A stretch of 64,000 nt of DNA from an uncultured Clostridia bacterium (GCA_946409545.1 CAMJWT010000008.1:789-64788), one strand, 5' to 3'. Counted from the stretch's first letter, positions 47,121 through 58,562 are shown. Made by a program: numbers and translations. Notes: generated by a model from the letters alone, not told the origin.

Positions 47121-47153
47121 AAGATTGACTTAAAAAGTCAATCTTTTTATTTT
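47121..47153 (+). terminator. rho-independent terminator
   Basis: Perfect 11-bp hairpin AAGATTGACTT-aaaa-AAGTCAATCTT followed by TTTTT. Confidence 0.8.
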
Positions 47154-47187
47154 AAAATATGATATTATATATTTAAGGAGTTTTATT

Positions 47188-48792
47188 ATGTCAAAAGCAA
47201 AAAGATTAATTATAAGTATTAGTGTAACTTTATTAGTTGGATTTATATTATTTTATTTATTTCTTCCACCAATAAATATTCATTCTAATGCTTTCTGGAT
47301 TTATTTTATTTTTCTAACATTATTGTTTGGATTACTTAATTTTGGAACTGGTATTATTGGTTTAATGCTTAAAAATGATTCAAAGAAATCTAAAAGTTTT
47401 GATTTTCGTGATAAAAAGAATTATTTACCAGTAATTGTACCAATTATCATTATTGTTGTAACAGCAATTGTTAGAATCATTAATAAGCCATTATTTATGT
47501 CAAAAGCTTATTATAATCGTATTACAGTTACTAATGGTAATTTTAGTGAAGATATTGAAGAGGTTGATTTTAACACCCTTGCAGTTGTTGATCGTAATTC
47601 TAGTATGAAACTAGGTGATCGTGTAATGGGTGAAATGGGAGAACTTGTTAGTCAATTTGATGTTAGTGATAAGTATACTCAAATCAATTATAACGATGAA
47701 ATATTACGTGTTACACCTCTTGATTATTCTGATGTTATTAAATATTTTACTAACAAAAAAGAAGGTATTAAAGGTTATGTAACGGTTAATTCTGTAACTG
47801 GCGAAGCTAAACTAATTAAATTAGAAAAAGGTATGAAATATAGTGAGAATGCTATCTTCTTTGATAATGTTTATCGTTATTTAAGATTTAAATATCCTTT
47901 TGATAATTTTGGGGAAATTAATTTTGAAATTGATAATGAAGGTAATCCATATTGGATTATGCAAGTTATTGAATATCATGGTATTGAACAAAGACCTGAT
48001 ATTAGTCATATTATTATTTTAGATGCTATTACGGGTAAGACAACAAAATATGCTGTTAAAGATGTACCTACATGGGTAGATCATGTATATGAACCAGATT
48101 TAATTATTGATCAAGTTGATGACTGGGGTAGTTATGCTAATGGATTCTTTAATACCCTTTTTGGACAAAAAGGTATGAAGATGACAACTGATGGTTATAA
48201 CTATATGGCTATGAATGATGATATCTATATGTATACGGGTATTACAAGTATTGTAAGTGATGAAAGTAATTTAGGTTTCATTCTTACAAACTTACGTACT
48301 AAAGAAACTAAGTTCTATGATTGTCCTGGAGCAGAAGAATATAGTGCAATGAATTCAGCTAAAGGTCAAGTACAACAAATGAACTATACAGCATCATTCC
48401 CATTATTAATTAATTTATCAGGAAGGCCTACTTATGTAATAAGTCTTAAAGATGATGCTGGACTTGTAAAAATGTATGCCTTTGTTGATGTTCGTGATTA
48501 TCAAAAAGTTGTTGTTACTGATGCTTCTCTTGGTATTCAAAATGCGGCTTATAACTATTTAAATAATAATGGAATAGTTGTTAAAGGACAAAAGATAACC
48601 ATAACTGTTCGTGAAATAACAAGTGTTATTATTGATGGTAATACTTATTATTACATAGTTGATGATGATAATAATAAATATCGTGTATCTATTAAAGTTA
48701 ATAGTAATAAACTTCCTTTTGTTAAAGTAGGGGATGAATTAAAGATTTCTTATAACGAAAAAGAAGTTCGTGAAATAACTAGTATTGAATAA
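47188..48792 (+). CDS. hypothetical polytopic membrane protein with large extracytoplasmic domain
   Basis: 534 aa. Three N-terminal TM helices followed by a ~430-aa soluble domain. AAGGAG RBS. Confidence 0.7.
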   Translation: MSKAKRLIISISVTLLVGFILFYLFLPPINIHSNAFWIYFIFLTLLFGLLNFGTGIIGLMLKNDSKKSKSFDFRDKKNYLPVIVPIIIIVVTAIVRIINKPLFMSKAYYNRITVTNGNFSEDIEEVDFNTLAVVDRNSSMKLGDRVMGEMGELVSQFDVSDKYTQINYNDEILRVTPLDYSDVIKYFTNKKEGIKGYVTVNSVTGEAKLIKLEKGMKYSENAIFFDNVYRYLRFKYPFDNFGEINFEIDNEGNPYWIMQVIEYHGIEQRPDISHIIILDAITGKTTKYAVKDVPTWVDHVYEPDLIIDQVDDWGSYANGFFNTLFGQKGMKMTTDGYNYMAMNDDIYMYTGITSIVSDESNLGFILTNLRTKETKFYDCPGAEEYSAMNSAKGQVQQMNYTASFPLLINLSGRPTYVISLKDDAGLVKMYAFVDVRDYQKVVVTDASLGIQNAAYNYLNNNGIVVKGQKITITVREITSVIIDGNTYYYIVDDDNNKYRVSIKVNSNKLPFVKVGDELKISYNEKEVREITSIE

Positions 48793-48814
48793 AAAAAATG
48801 AATCATTTATTGAT

Positions 48815-49657
48815 TCATTTTTTATATATACGATAAACATTTAATGAAGGATGATTAAATAATCTTAAATAATGTTTTGATCCTAATCCATTAGATATAT
48901 ATATATCATTGTCTCCTTCTTTATAATAATCTTTAGAATACTTACTTTCATTAAATATACCTGCTATTTTAGGTAATTTAATTTCACCATATAATGTATG
49001 TCCAGCTAAAGTAATATCACAGTTTGTATTAAATTTGTCAAAATAATCATAATTATGTATTAAACAAATATTATATCCATCAGTATTATTAACACTGGTT
49101 GGATTATTAATATTTAATCCTTTAACTGTAATACCATCGACCTCTTTATTGAATAGTTCTTTGGTATCATTATTAAGAATAGTAAAACCTGCTTCATTCA
49201 TAACTTTTACAAAATCATCTTTATCAAGTTCACCATAAACAGCATATTTTCCATAAGGTGCTTCTAACTCTTTAAAAAATTTAATTAAGTTTTCACTTTT
49301 AATTAAATTATAACTAGTATGAACTAAATCTCCAGTGAAAACAATAATATCAGGTTTTATTTTTTTAATTTCTTTACTTATTTTAGTTAATTCAGAATCT
49401 CTAATTGTTCCCCCATATAATAAATCAGATATTTGAACTATTTTTAATCCATGAAAACTATTAGGAATATTATCATATAAATATTTTTCTCGTGTTACAA
49501 TGAAACTTGTTCCAACAAAACGCATGTATAAAAAGAAGAGAGTAATTATAAATATAATAATTACGAGAACTTTAGATAATTTTTTAGAAAAGTTAATTCT
49601 TTTATCTTTTTCAATTTCATTTGTAATATCACGATTTATCTCACGTCTACTTATCAT
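48815..49657 (-). CDS. membrane-anchored calcineurin-like metallophosphoesterase
   Basis: N-terminal TM. IVFTGDLVH and GHTLYGE metallophosphatase motifs. Start overlaps the stop of the upstream CPBP gene by 4 nt. Confidence 0.75.
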   Translation of the reverse strand: MISRREINRDITNEIEKDKRINFSKKLSKVLVIIIFIITLFFLYMRFVGTSFIVTREKYLYDNIPNSFHGLKIVQISDLLYGGTIRDSELTKISKEIKKIKPDIIVFTGDLVHTSYNLIKSENLIKFFKELEAPYGKYAVYGELDKDDFVKVMNEAGFTILNNDTKELFNKEVDGITVKGLNINNPTSVNNTDGYNICLIHNYDYFDKFNTNCDITLAGHTLYGEIKLPKIAGIFNESKYSKDYYKEGDNDIYISNGLGSKHYLRLFNHPSLNVYRIYKK

Positions 49658-50364
49658 TTCATCACCACAGGGATTATTGCAATAAGTGATAGTACAGTAT
49701 TATGGAACATATGTGCAAGAATTGTTGTATAAATATTATCTGTATCTACTAAACACTTAGCGAAAGCGGATCCAAAAGCACCATATGATAATATAAATAA
49801 ATATTCAAGATTATTAGATGAACCTATTACATGCATAAGACCAAATAAGAATCCACTAGCAACAATAAATATTATTTTATTCTTAAAACAATCTTGTAAT
49901 GATTTTCTAAACATCAACTCTTCAATAATAGGAGCAAATAGGGAAGTAGCAAAAAACATTAATAATGGTTCACTTTTTAAAAATGATTGTACAGCTTCTT
50001 CATTTTCACCAGCAGTTTGAATAAAGGTTCCTAAAATGGTATTAATTATTGTCATTGCAAGAAATCCAATAAACCACCATTTAATAGCAACTTTTGCATA
50101 TTGAACAAAACTATTTTTAAAGTCTTTCCATTTATCTATAAGATATTTTCGATAACGAATTATATATATTATGATAAATACAACATATTTAGCATACATA
50201 CATAATACTTTCAATCTAGGTGATAAATCATCATATTTTATACCTAGTGCATACCAAACTATTTCAAATAACATGAAAGCAAAAATTGTTATGATAAAAA
50301 AAACAATTTCTTTCGTTTTACTATTGACGTTATTGTTTACAACTTCATTTACATTGTTATTCAT
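49654..50364 (-). CDS. CPBP-family (CAAX-type) intramembrane metalloprotease
   Basis: Polytopic membrane protein. EELMFRKSL, FGLMH and HMFHN motifs. Confidence 0.8.
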   Translation of the reverse strand: MNNNVNEVVNNNVNSKTKEIVFFIITIFAFMLFEIVWYALGIKYDDLSPRLKVLCMYAKYVVFIIIYIIRYRKYLIDKWKDFKNSFVQYAKVAIKWWFIGFLAMTIINTILGTFIQTAGENEEAVQSFLKSEPLLMFFATSLFAPIIEELMFRKSLQDCFKNKIIFIVASGFLFGLMHVIGSSNNLEYLFILSYGAFGSAFAKCLVDTDNIYTTILAHMFHNTVLSLIAIIPVVMK

Positions 50365-50415
50365 ATTATCACCATAATAATCTTAACACAATATAGACAA
50401 AATAAAAAGATGTAA

Positions 50416-50634
50416 TTAAACTAGTTTTACATCTATTACTTCAGGAATTTCATTAACTAATATTTCTTTTATACCATCATTTAATGTTACGTTTTGAAGA
50501 CCACAATCAGCACATGCTCCCATAAACTTTATATAAGCAACACCATCTTCATATTTAACAAGTTCAATATCTCCACCATCGTTTATAAGAAATGGTCTTA
50601 GTTTATCAAGAACAACATTTATTTTTTCTTCCAT
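50416..50634 (-). CDS. NifU-like Fe-S cluster assembly protein (Nfu domain)
   Basis: 72 aa. Sequence FINDGGDIELV...FMGACADCG. Confidence 0.8.
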   Translation of the reverse strand: MEEKINVVLDKLRPFLINDGGDIELVKYEDGVAYIKFMGACADCGLQNVTLNDGIKEILVNEIPEVIDVKLV

Positions 50635-50728
50635 AAGTCACCTCATATGTATTATAGCACTTTTTCGTTATTTACACTTGATTTTTAATGCATTTTAGTA
50701 TACAATCTATATTGTTATTTGAGTTTAC

Positions 50729-50805
<77 letters not shown>

Positions 50806-50882
50806 TTTATGAGTAAAACATCCTTTGGATGTTTTTTTGTTAATTTAATTCTTTTTTATGTTATAATTTCTATGGAGGATTT

Positions 50883-52478
50883 ATGAAAAGAAATTTATAT
50901 GGTATTTCTATACTAACAATCACAGGATTATATGGAATGTTAGCTGCAGTTATTATTTTAGCTTTTGCTTTAGCTGACCTACCTATAACAACAGCACTTC
51001 TTATTAGTATAATTACTTTGGTAATTCAATTTCTTATTTCACCATGGTTAACAGATTTAACTATGAAATGGTTTTATAAAGTTGATTTTCATGCAACAAT
51101 GCCAGATTACGTTAATAACTTTATAGATACTATTTGTACGAAATATAATATGAAAAGACCAAAGATTGGTTATATTAATGATGGTGCTCCTAACGCATTT
51201 ACTTATGGAAGAACAAAAAATGATGCAAGACTTGTTTTGACAAGAGGGGATTTTGAGTTATTAACAGAAGATGAAGTATTAACTGTCATCGGACATGAAC
51301 TAGGTCACGTTGTTCATTACGACATGCTTGTTATGACTTTTGCTCAACTTGTACCACTTGTACTATATTACATATATAAAGTATGTACAGAAGGAGATAG
51401 TGGTGATAGTAAGAATAATGCTGCTGCTGTTGGTATTGTTGCTTATGTATTATATATTGTATCTCAATATATTATTTTATGGTTATCAAGAACAAGAGAA
51501 TATTATGCTGATGAATTCTCAGTAAAAGAAACAGGCAATCCAAATGGATTACAACGAGCTCTTATTAAAGTAGGCTTTGGTCTATCTATTGCAACATCTG
51601 ATAAGAAGAATCATTCTGTAAAAGATGTTGGTGCTTTAGGTTTATTTGATTCTAAAACAGCAAAAGCTCTTGTTATTGCATCTAATAATAACTTATCAGA
51701 TACAGATAATGTTAAGAATGCAATGAAATGGGAAATGTGGAATCCATGGGCTAAATATTATGAACTTAATTCTACACACCCTTTAATTTCTAAAAGATTA
51801 GAAGCTATTAGTAAATATGCTCCTGATTATAATCAAACACCATATGTGGTATTTGATTTACAAAAAACAGAATCTTATGTTGGTAACTTCTTATTTGAAG
51901 TATTAATTGCAATTATGCCAACAATAACAGTTATTTTAACATTATTCGCTACAGTAATGATGATGGCTTTAATGGATGATCCTGATGCATGGAAATTATC
52001 TCTTGGTGTAGGATTACTTTTAATGGCATTATTTGGCTTTATAAAATACAGAAGAGCTCATAGAAAGGGCGAATATCAAAAAACAACAGTTAGAGATTTA
52101 TTAGGTCTTGTTAATGTATCTGGTATTACTTCAGTACCTTGTAGTGTTACAGGTAAAATAATTGGTAGGGGAGATCCAGGTTGTATCTTCAGTGAAGATT
52201 ATATTGTTCAAGATGATACAGGTATTATCTTCCTAGATTATAATCAACCATTAAGATTATTAAATAAGATTTTTGCGATTTTTAGATCACAAAAATATAT
52301 TAATCAATTAGTAACAATAAGAGGTTGGTATAGACGTAGTCCAACACCATTTATTGAAATATATGAATGGGAAGTATTAGGTGATAAGAAAAAGATTTAT
52401 TCATTTATTACAAATGTTATTCTTTATATCTTATTAGCTTTAGGTGGATTAGTACTTACAATATTATATTTTATATAA
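50883..52478 (+). CDS. M48-family (HtpX-like) zinc metalloprotease with extended C-terminal membrane domain
   Basis: HELGHVVHYD zinc-binding motif and downstream EYYADE. Several TM segments. GGAGG RBS. Confidence 0.8.
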   Translation: MKRNLYGISILTITGLYGMLAAVIILAFALADLPITTALLISIITLVIQFLISPWLTDLTMKWFYKVDFHATMPDYVNNFIDTICTKYNMKRPKIGYINDGAPNAFTYGRTKNDARLVLTRGDFELLTEDEVLTVIGHELGHVVHYDMLVMTFAQLVPLVLYYIYKVCTEGDSGDSKNNAAAVGIVAYVLYIVSQYIILWLSRTREYYADEFSVKETGNPNGLQRALIKVGFGLSIATSDKKNHSVKDVGALGLFDSKTAKALVIASNNNLSDTDNVKNAMKWEMWNPWAKYYELNSTHPLISKRLEAISKYAPDYNQTPYVVFDLQKTESYVGNFLFEVLIAIMPTITVILTLFATVMMMALMDDPDAWKLSLGVGLLLMALFGFIKYRRAHRKGEYQKTTVRDLLGLVNVSGITSVPCSVTGKIIGRGDPGCIFSEDYIVQDDTGIIFLDYNQPLRLLNKIFAIFRSQKYINQLVTIRGWYRRSPTPFIEIYEWEVLGDKKKIYSFITNVILYILLALGGLVLTILYFI

Positions 52479-52490
52479 TTGACAAATTAG

Positions 52491-52518
52491 ACACTTCTAT
52501 TTATAGAAGTGTTTTTCT
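52491..52518 (+). terminator. rho-independent terminator
   Basis: ACACTTCTA-ttta-TAGAAGTGT hairpin followed by TTTTT. Confidence 0.7.
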
Positions 52519-52521
52519 TTT

Positions 52522-55500
52522 GTGTTAATAAAGGATATAATTATAGTAGAGATGATGTATATGGTAGAAGAGAATAAGTTAGAAAAAACTAATACTATTA
52601 AAAATAAAACAATTGTTTTAGTTTCTTTGATATTGCCACTTTTACTAATAATTGGTTTTCTATTAAAACCTATATTTTTAAAAAATAATGAAGAAATTTC
52701 TCTTGGTGATATAAATGAAACGATGGATTATCAGTTTAGAGTAAGTTGGAATGACTACGGATATGAAAGTTATAGACCACAAAGTGTAAAATATGATTTA
52801 TATAATGTTTTAGATGAGGATACAGTAGTTAGTTCAGTAACATTATCTTTTAATCAAAATACTCATGTCACATATGGCACATTTTCAAATGTCCCAAAAT
52901 ATAATTCAAATAATAGTTTAGCAAAGTATATTATAAAGCAAGAACCTATTGATAATTATACACAAACTTATAATAAGTCTGTAAGAAAAGGACTCTGTAT
53001 AGAATTTGGTAATGACATAGAGTTTAGTGGTAATGAAACATATCTTGTTTTTTTATTTAAGAATACTGATAATGATAGACATTATTTAAAAAGTAGATAT
53101 TCAAATGAAAAATTCTATGCTAATGATTTAAAAAATAAAACAGTTTGTATTCCAACACCACAAACTGAATATTTTGAAATTTATGGTGGCAGTACATCAA
53201 GACTAGAAATAAAGAGAATCTATCCAGTAGATAATGTAAGTTATAGTTCAACTAAATATAACCGATTTACTATTTTTCGACCATATTATGGCGATTACTA
53301 TCCTTCTAGGTCACCAGCTGCATATTCATGGCAATCAACAACTACAAACTTTCCAGGTGCTGATATTATATATAATGGTGTTAATTATTATGATTATTCA
53401 TATGACGTTGAATGGGAAGATACTGATTATGAATCAATTCGTCCTAGTGAAGTAACAGTAAATCTTTATAATGAAAATGATTTATCTATTGTATTGCAAA
53501 CGCAAACTTTAAATATAACAAATACGACTTACTACAATAGATGGAGTGGAACTTTTAAAAACGTTGCTAGATATAATGAAGATGGTACAAAAGCAAAGTA
53601 TATTATCAAGCCAATACCACAAAACAATTATGTTAATTATTATGATAGAAAATATGATGCAAATGCCACATGTATAGAATTTGGAGAAAATGTTTTCAAT
53701 GGAGATGAATCTAAAACACTTCGAATTGGATATTTAAGTAGTATTGTTTATTTGTATCAAAATAGAACTGATATCTTTAAATATAATGATTTAAAGAACA
53801 AAACGATTTGTGTTCCGTCATATAATGGAATTTTTAAACTTTTCCTAAATGGGGATATTAGTAATTTAGATATCAAATATATATATCCAGATTATAATCC
53901 TTTTAGTGAATCTATCGGTTACGATAGTGAAGATGATGTTAAAGAAGATTTTTTTAACGAAAACTATCCACAAAATAGTGCTAACAACCTTGTTTCTTAT
54001 ATGTTTAAAAGTTCTAAAAAACCTTTTCCAAATGCTAATTTAATTAAATTTTCATATAATAAATATGATTTGAAATTTGACAAATATTGGGAAAATGATA
54101 GTAGTGAGTATAGGCCAAACAGTTCAGAATTCTACTTATATAGAAAAGATAATTTAAATGAGGTTTTGAGTACTGTTGTCCTAGATTCAAGCAATGTTGA
54201 TCCTGATGACAGTAATCACTGGATAGGAACATTTAAAAACATAAGAAAATATGATGATAATGGAAATAGAATAGAATATGCTATTAGAGAAAAGCCTATT
54301 CCAAACTATATAACATCATATGATTCAAAAGATGGCTTATCAATAAAATTTAATGAAAATACAAAATTTGGATATTCTAGTGCAGCCCATCTTTATGTAT
54401 ATAATCCATTTTATGGGTGGAAAAATTTTGTTAATAATGTTAGTTATAGTTCATTAGGTGATAATGTAGGTGGTAAGACATATGATCTTAGTTTCCTTGA
54501 TGATAAAAGATTGCAATCTTTAAATTCGTCTCTTTCAAGCGCAATCAATCTCGATCCTAAAGATACTATCTTTGGTAAAATAATTGAATTTATAGGGCAA
54601 GATTATCCAGAAATGTATCATAATACTTCATTAATGGATGATTATACTTATATGTATAGTTATTCTTTGTCAGATCATAGTCAAAAACTATTCTTTACAT
54701 ATCGTGGAGATAGTTGGCAAGGAGATTATGGTTTGAAAATCGATAAAATTACGACAATAGGTGATGAAGTTATTATTACATCTAGATTAAATTTTAGAGA
54801 TTTAGAAATAACAAAAGAATGGGATGATAAAGGATATGAAAATTTAAGACCATCTAATGTAACAATCGATATCTATAGTGCTAAAGATTTAAATAATCCA
54901 ATAAAAACTGTTCAATTATCAACTTCTGATATAGTTGATGAATATACTTGGAAGAAGACAATTAATAACTTACCTAAATATGATGAATCATTAGCTGAAA
55001 TAGAATATATTATCTCAGAAAGAAAAATAAGCGATGATTATATTACAGTTTATGATGCTGACCCATCATATAATGGATTAGCTATTGAATTTGCGGATGA
55101 TATATATGGAGTAGGTTATATTTATACTGGTTATAGCTTAGAAAATGGAACTTTATATTATAGTGGTAATGGTCGAAAAGGATATTATCATCCTAGAACT
55201 GGTAGAAATAGTGGATATCAAGATGATATTTCAGGAAGAACAGCGTTCATTAAAACAAAGAATTTGTATTTAAAGATTGATAATAATAGTGAATATGATA
55301 ATGTTGACGGTAACTTCAACGTAAAAATTAATGATATTTACCCTGTTCAATATACCAATAGTAATTCTCATACAACGAATTTAAATAGTTATGGTAATAT
55401 TTATGATTTAGGTATTTCATCCTATAATGATTATTTAGACGTTCAAAATAATGATGAATATGTAAACAAATACTTGCTTTGGGAATATAAATGGGAAGGA

Positions 55501-57462
55501 TCTCTTGTTCCCAAAAAGAATTGTTTCATTATAAGAAATAAAATTAATAAAACGTCCATTCCAATTGAGAAAGAATGGAATGATCCAGGTTTTGAAAGTA
55601 ATAGACCCGAAAAAGTAAAGTTTAATCTATATAATATAAAAGATGAAACTAAAATTGTTAGTACACTTGAATTAACAAAGAGCAATGAAAATCATAACAA
55701 TAGTCATGAGTGGAAAGGAACTTTTAATAATATTCCTAAATTTAATAATAACGGTACCGTAGCAGAATATATTGTAAAAGAAGTGGAAAATGATAAATAT
55801 GATGTTAAGTACAATTTAAATAAAACGGGATACTGTGTAAAAATGACATCATATTTTAAACAAAATAATAATGTACATGTTAATTTTAGAGTGAAAAACG
55901 GGGATGATTATTTATACATTTCTAATAAAAATAATTCATATTCAAATAATATTGTAAATGCTTCATTAAAAAATGGCGAAATATGTTTTGAGACTGATAG
56001 TGATGATATTTATATAGAATATAATAATAGAAACAATGGTAAGCAAATTACTTGGTATGGTGGGCATGAACTTAACAGGTACTTTTATTATAATTATCCA
56101 TTAATTGAATCTATTTATCCAGTTAATTTAGAAGAATATGATTATTCTGTTGGAACTCAAAAAGATACAACTGTACATGATTATGTGGAAGTTAGGGATA
56201 ATGAGCCATTTGATACCTATGAGAGAAATTATCGACTTCCAGATAGAATGAGCTATTATTATCAAACTTATATTCATTATAAATGGGAGCCGAAAGATGA
56301 AACTTTTGTTGGTTCAGATATAATTATTAATACTGCAAATATGAGAAGCGAACAATATATTAAAGAATTTGATGATACTGGATATGAATTATTTAGACCA
56401 AAAGAATTAAAATTCGCTTTATATGAAATAAATGGTATTATGCCAAGAGAAATAAAGACAATTAACACTAGAAATTGTAACGAAAACGTTTGTGAAATTG
56501 ATTTCGGTGGTGTAATGGATAAAGATATTGATGGAAATCCAATTAACTATAGAATTGTTGAATTAGAAACATATGGATATGATGTTTCATATGAGGATAA
56601 TAAAGTTATTAATAAAGCTGTTCCAATAGATGTAAATATTACTAAAGTTGATGATGAAAACAATAAATTAGCAGGAGCTAAGATAGGAATCTATAAAGAT
56701 GATACTGAAATATTAACTTATGTAACATCTAATGAAGTATATGAAACTAAATTATTACCAGGAGAATATATAATTAAAGAATTAGAAGTACCTAAAGGTT
56801 ATAAGAAGAGTTTTGATATTAATATCAAAGTTAATGAAGATGGAACAATTGAACAAGATAATAATGTTGTTGATGTTATAACAATTGTTAATGAAAAAAT
56901 AATAGGATTTGATATCAAAATAAAGAAAACAATGAAAGATTCTAATGATAAATTTAACTTTAGAATAACTATTGAAAACTTTAATGATGCAGTTAACTAT
57001 ATTGGAGATAAAACTGGAACATTAGTATTCAAAGATGGGGTTGCAGATATTGAATTAGGTGCAAATGAATATATAATATTAAAAGATATACCTATTGATT
57101 CCAAATACGAAATAGTTGAACTAGAAGAAGATTATAATTTAACAATAAAAGGAACAAATGAGGGTATATTAAAACAAAATACCGAAATAGAATTCATTAA
57201 TGAAAAGAAAGTAGTTCCAATAGTTGAACCAACTCCAAGTACAATAGATGATGAAGTAATTGATGCTGTTAATGGTAATGATGATAAAGAAACTCTAACG
57301 GGTGATGATGAGCAAGAAACTCAAAATGGTGATGAAGAAACTAATGTTAAAACACCAATAACAGGAATTACAAGTTATTTAAAATATATTGGATTATTGG
57401 TATTAATAAGTGTAGTAATTATATTTGTTATTCAAAAGCGTCATTACAAAAATAATAATTAA
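52522..57462 (+). CDS. large cell-surface adhesin-like protein with Cna B-type repeats; paralogue B
   Basis: 1646 aa. Homologous to 10604-15496 over its full length and near-identical over the C-terminal ~630 aa. Same VKTPITG + TM + basic-tail ending. Exact start uncertain (several in-frame ATGs within the first 15 codons). Confidence 0.85.
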   Translation: MLIKDIIIVEMMYMVEENKLEKTNTIKNKTIVLVSLILPLLLIIGFLLKPIFLKNNEEISLGDINETMDYQFRVSWNDYGYESYRPQSVKYDLYNVLDEDTVVSSVTLSFNQNTHVTYGTFSNVPKYNSNNSLAKYIIKQEPIDNYTQTYNKSVRKGLCIEFGNDIEFSGNETYLVFLFKNTDNDRHYLKSRYSNEKFYANDLKNKTVCIPTPQTEYFEIYGGSTSRLEIKRIYPVDNVSYSSTKYNRFTIFRPYYGDYYPSRSPAAYSWQSTTTNFPGADIIYNGVNYYDYSYDVEWEDTDYESIRPSEVTVNLYNENDLSIVLQTQTLNITNTTYYNRWSGTFKNVARYNEDGTKAKYIIKPIPQNNYVNYYDRKYDANATCIEFGENVFNGDESKTLRIGYLSSIVYLYQNRTDIFKYNDLKNKTICVPSYNGIFKLFLNGDISNLDIKYIYPDYNPFSESIGYDSEDDVKEDFFNENYPQNSANNLVSYMFKSSKKPFPNANLIKFSYNKYDLKFDKYWENDSSEYRPNSSEFYLYRKDNLNEVLSTVVLDSSNVDPDDSNHWIGTFKNIRKYDDNGNRIEYAIREKPIPNYITSYDSKDGLSIKFNENTKFGYSSAAHLYVYNPFYGWKNFVNNVSYSSLGDNVGGKTYDLSFLDDKRLQSLNSSLSSAINLDPKDTIFGKIIEFIGQDYPEMYHNTSLMDDYTYMYSYSLSDHSQKLFFTYRGDSWQGDYGLKIDKITTIGDEVIITSRLNFRDLEITKEWDDKGYENLRPSNVTIDIYSAKDLNNPIKTVQLSTSDIVDEYTWKKTINNLPKYDESLAEIEYIISERKISDDYITVYDADPSYNGLAIEFADDIYGVGYIYTGYSLENGTLYYSGNGRKGYYHPRTGRNSGYQDDISGRTAFIKTKNLYLKIDNNSEYDNVDGNFNVKINDIYPVQYTNSNSHTTNLNSYGNIYDLGISSYNDYLDVQNNDEYVNKYLLWEYKWEGSLVPKKNCFIIRNKINKTSIPIEKEWNDPGFESNRPEKVKFNLYNIKDETKIVSTLELTKSNENHNNSHEWKGTFNNIPKFNNNGTVAEYIVKEVENDKYDVKYNLNKTGYCVKMTSYFKQNNNVHVNFRVKNGDDYLYISNKNNSYSNNIVNASLKNGEICFETDSDDIYIEYNNRNNGKQITWYGGHELNRYFYYNYPLIESIYPVNLEEYDYSVGTQKDTTVHDYVEVRDNEPFDTYERNYRLPDRMSYYYQTYIHYKWEPKDETFVGSDIIINTANMRSEQYIKEFDDTGYELFRPKELKFALYEINGIMPREIKTINTRNCNENVCEIDFGGVMDKDIDGNPINYRIVELETYGYDVSYEDNKVINKAVPIDVNITKVDDENNKLAGAKIGIYKDDTEILTYVTSNEVYETKLLPGEYIIKELEVPKGYKKSFDINIKVNEDGTIEQDNNVVDVITIVNEKIIGFDIKIKKTMKDSNDKFNFRITIENFNDAVNYIGDKTGTLVFKDGVADIELGANEYIILKDIPIDSKYEIVELEEDYNLTIKGTNEGILKQNTEIEFINEKKVVPIVEPTPSTIDDEVIDAVNGNDDKETLTGDDEQETQNGDEETNVKTPITGITSYLKYIGLLVLISVVIIFVIQKRHYKNNN

Positions 57463-57490
57463 AAAGAGTTATCATTGATAACTCTTTTTT
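57462..57490. terminator. bidirectional terminator between convergent genes
   Basis: AAAGAGTTATC-att-GATAACTCTTT hairpin flanked by A-runs and T-runs. Confidence 0.75.
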
Positions 57491-58562
57491 AATAATATTC
57501 ATCGCCTTTTCTTCGATCTAAGTTATTAGTAACTTTTCTTAAGAAATTAAAGTTTTTACGGGCATCTCTATCGTTTAACATTTTAACATATTTTGGGCCT
57601 CTTTTATCAACAGCTGTATATACATCTAATAACTTATTGGCAACTCCTAATGTATATGCATAAGGGAAGATATCAAATACATAATTTTTATCTTCTTTTA
57701 ATAATTCTTTTAATTTGCTTTCATTTAAATCATTTATGGTATTTTTAAATCTTTTTATTTGTCCAAAATATTTATGTCCTTCTTTATTCCTTTTTGGCAT
57801 AATTAGAATAAGTGTATTCATAAACATTAACATTATAATATTAATTAATAAGTTTATTGTATAAGCGTTATTTGTTAAGTTAAAGCCAACAATTAAAATA
57901 AAGAATAAACAGAATAGTGTTAGAAGTCTATAAATATATTTTGTTATATTACTTTTCATAGCTTTTAATGGTAAATATGATGCGATATAAAAAATCATAA
58001 ATAAGCATATTAATCCATAATTAACGTTGTTACCTAATGTTTCTAAGAAAACTATTGTTACTGTAAGGAAGAGATTAACGATTACAATTAAGTCTGCAAT
58101 CATAACATAAAATGCATTATTATAAAAATATAAATTATTAACATGGGTAATATCATTTTTGAAATGTCTTATTTCATCTGTTACTTTATAAAAACTATCA
58201 ACTAATTCATCTTCAATAACTGTATTTCTGTTTTTAAATAATTCATCAAAGAATATTTTAATTTCATCTTTCTTTTTATATGTTTTTAATTTAACTAATT
58301 GAAATGAGTTTTTAATTTCTTCAATTCTTAAATAACCATTACTTGCAAGATAGAGTAATAAAGAATTAACATCTTTTTCTTTAGCTTCTCCTTTTAATAA
58401 AAATCCTGCATCGAGTGTTGATAACTCTTTTGGTAACTTATATAATTTACCTTTAGTATTAAAATCTCCATCATATCCTTTAAGATACCATAGAAGTAAA
58501 ATGGTTGCTGCTGATATGAGCATACATATTGTAAAAATTGATTCTAAATCCGCTAATAACAT
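57489..58562 (-). CDS. hypothetical polytopic membrane protein (DUF2207-like C-terminal region?)
   Basis: 357 aa. GGAAGG RBS. Multiple TM helices in the C-terminal half. Divergent from the lemA-family gene. Confidence 0.65.
   Translation of the reverse strand: MLLADLESIFTICMLISAATILLLWYLKGYDGDFNTKGKLYKLPKELSTLDAGFLLKGEAKEKDVNSLLLYLASNGYLRIEEIKNSFQLVKLKTYKKKDEIKIFFDELFKNRNTVIEDELVDSFYKVTDEIRHFKNDITHVNNLYFYNNAFYVMIADLIVIVNLFLTVTIVFLETLGNNVNYGLICLFMIFYIASYLPLKAMKSNITKYIYRLLTLFCLFFILIVGFNLTNNAYTINLLINIIMLMFMNTLILIMPKRNKEGHKYFGQIKRFKNTINDLNESKLKELLKEDKNYVFDIFPYAYTLGVANKLLDVYTAVDKRGPKYVKMLNDRDARKNFNFLRKVTNNLDRRKGDEYY

Noticed and set aside
52479-52521. Possible promoter-like TTGACA at 52479-52484 for adhesin B
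   Set aside because: It overlaps the terminator of the preceding gene and no convincing -10 box lies at 17 +/- 1 nt. It is left unannotated. The start of adhesin B (several in-frame ATGs in the first 15 codons) is therefore uncertain.
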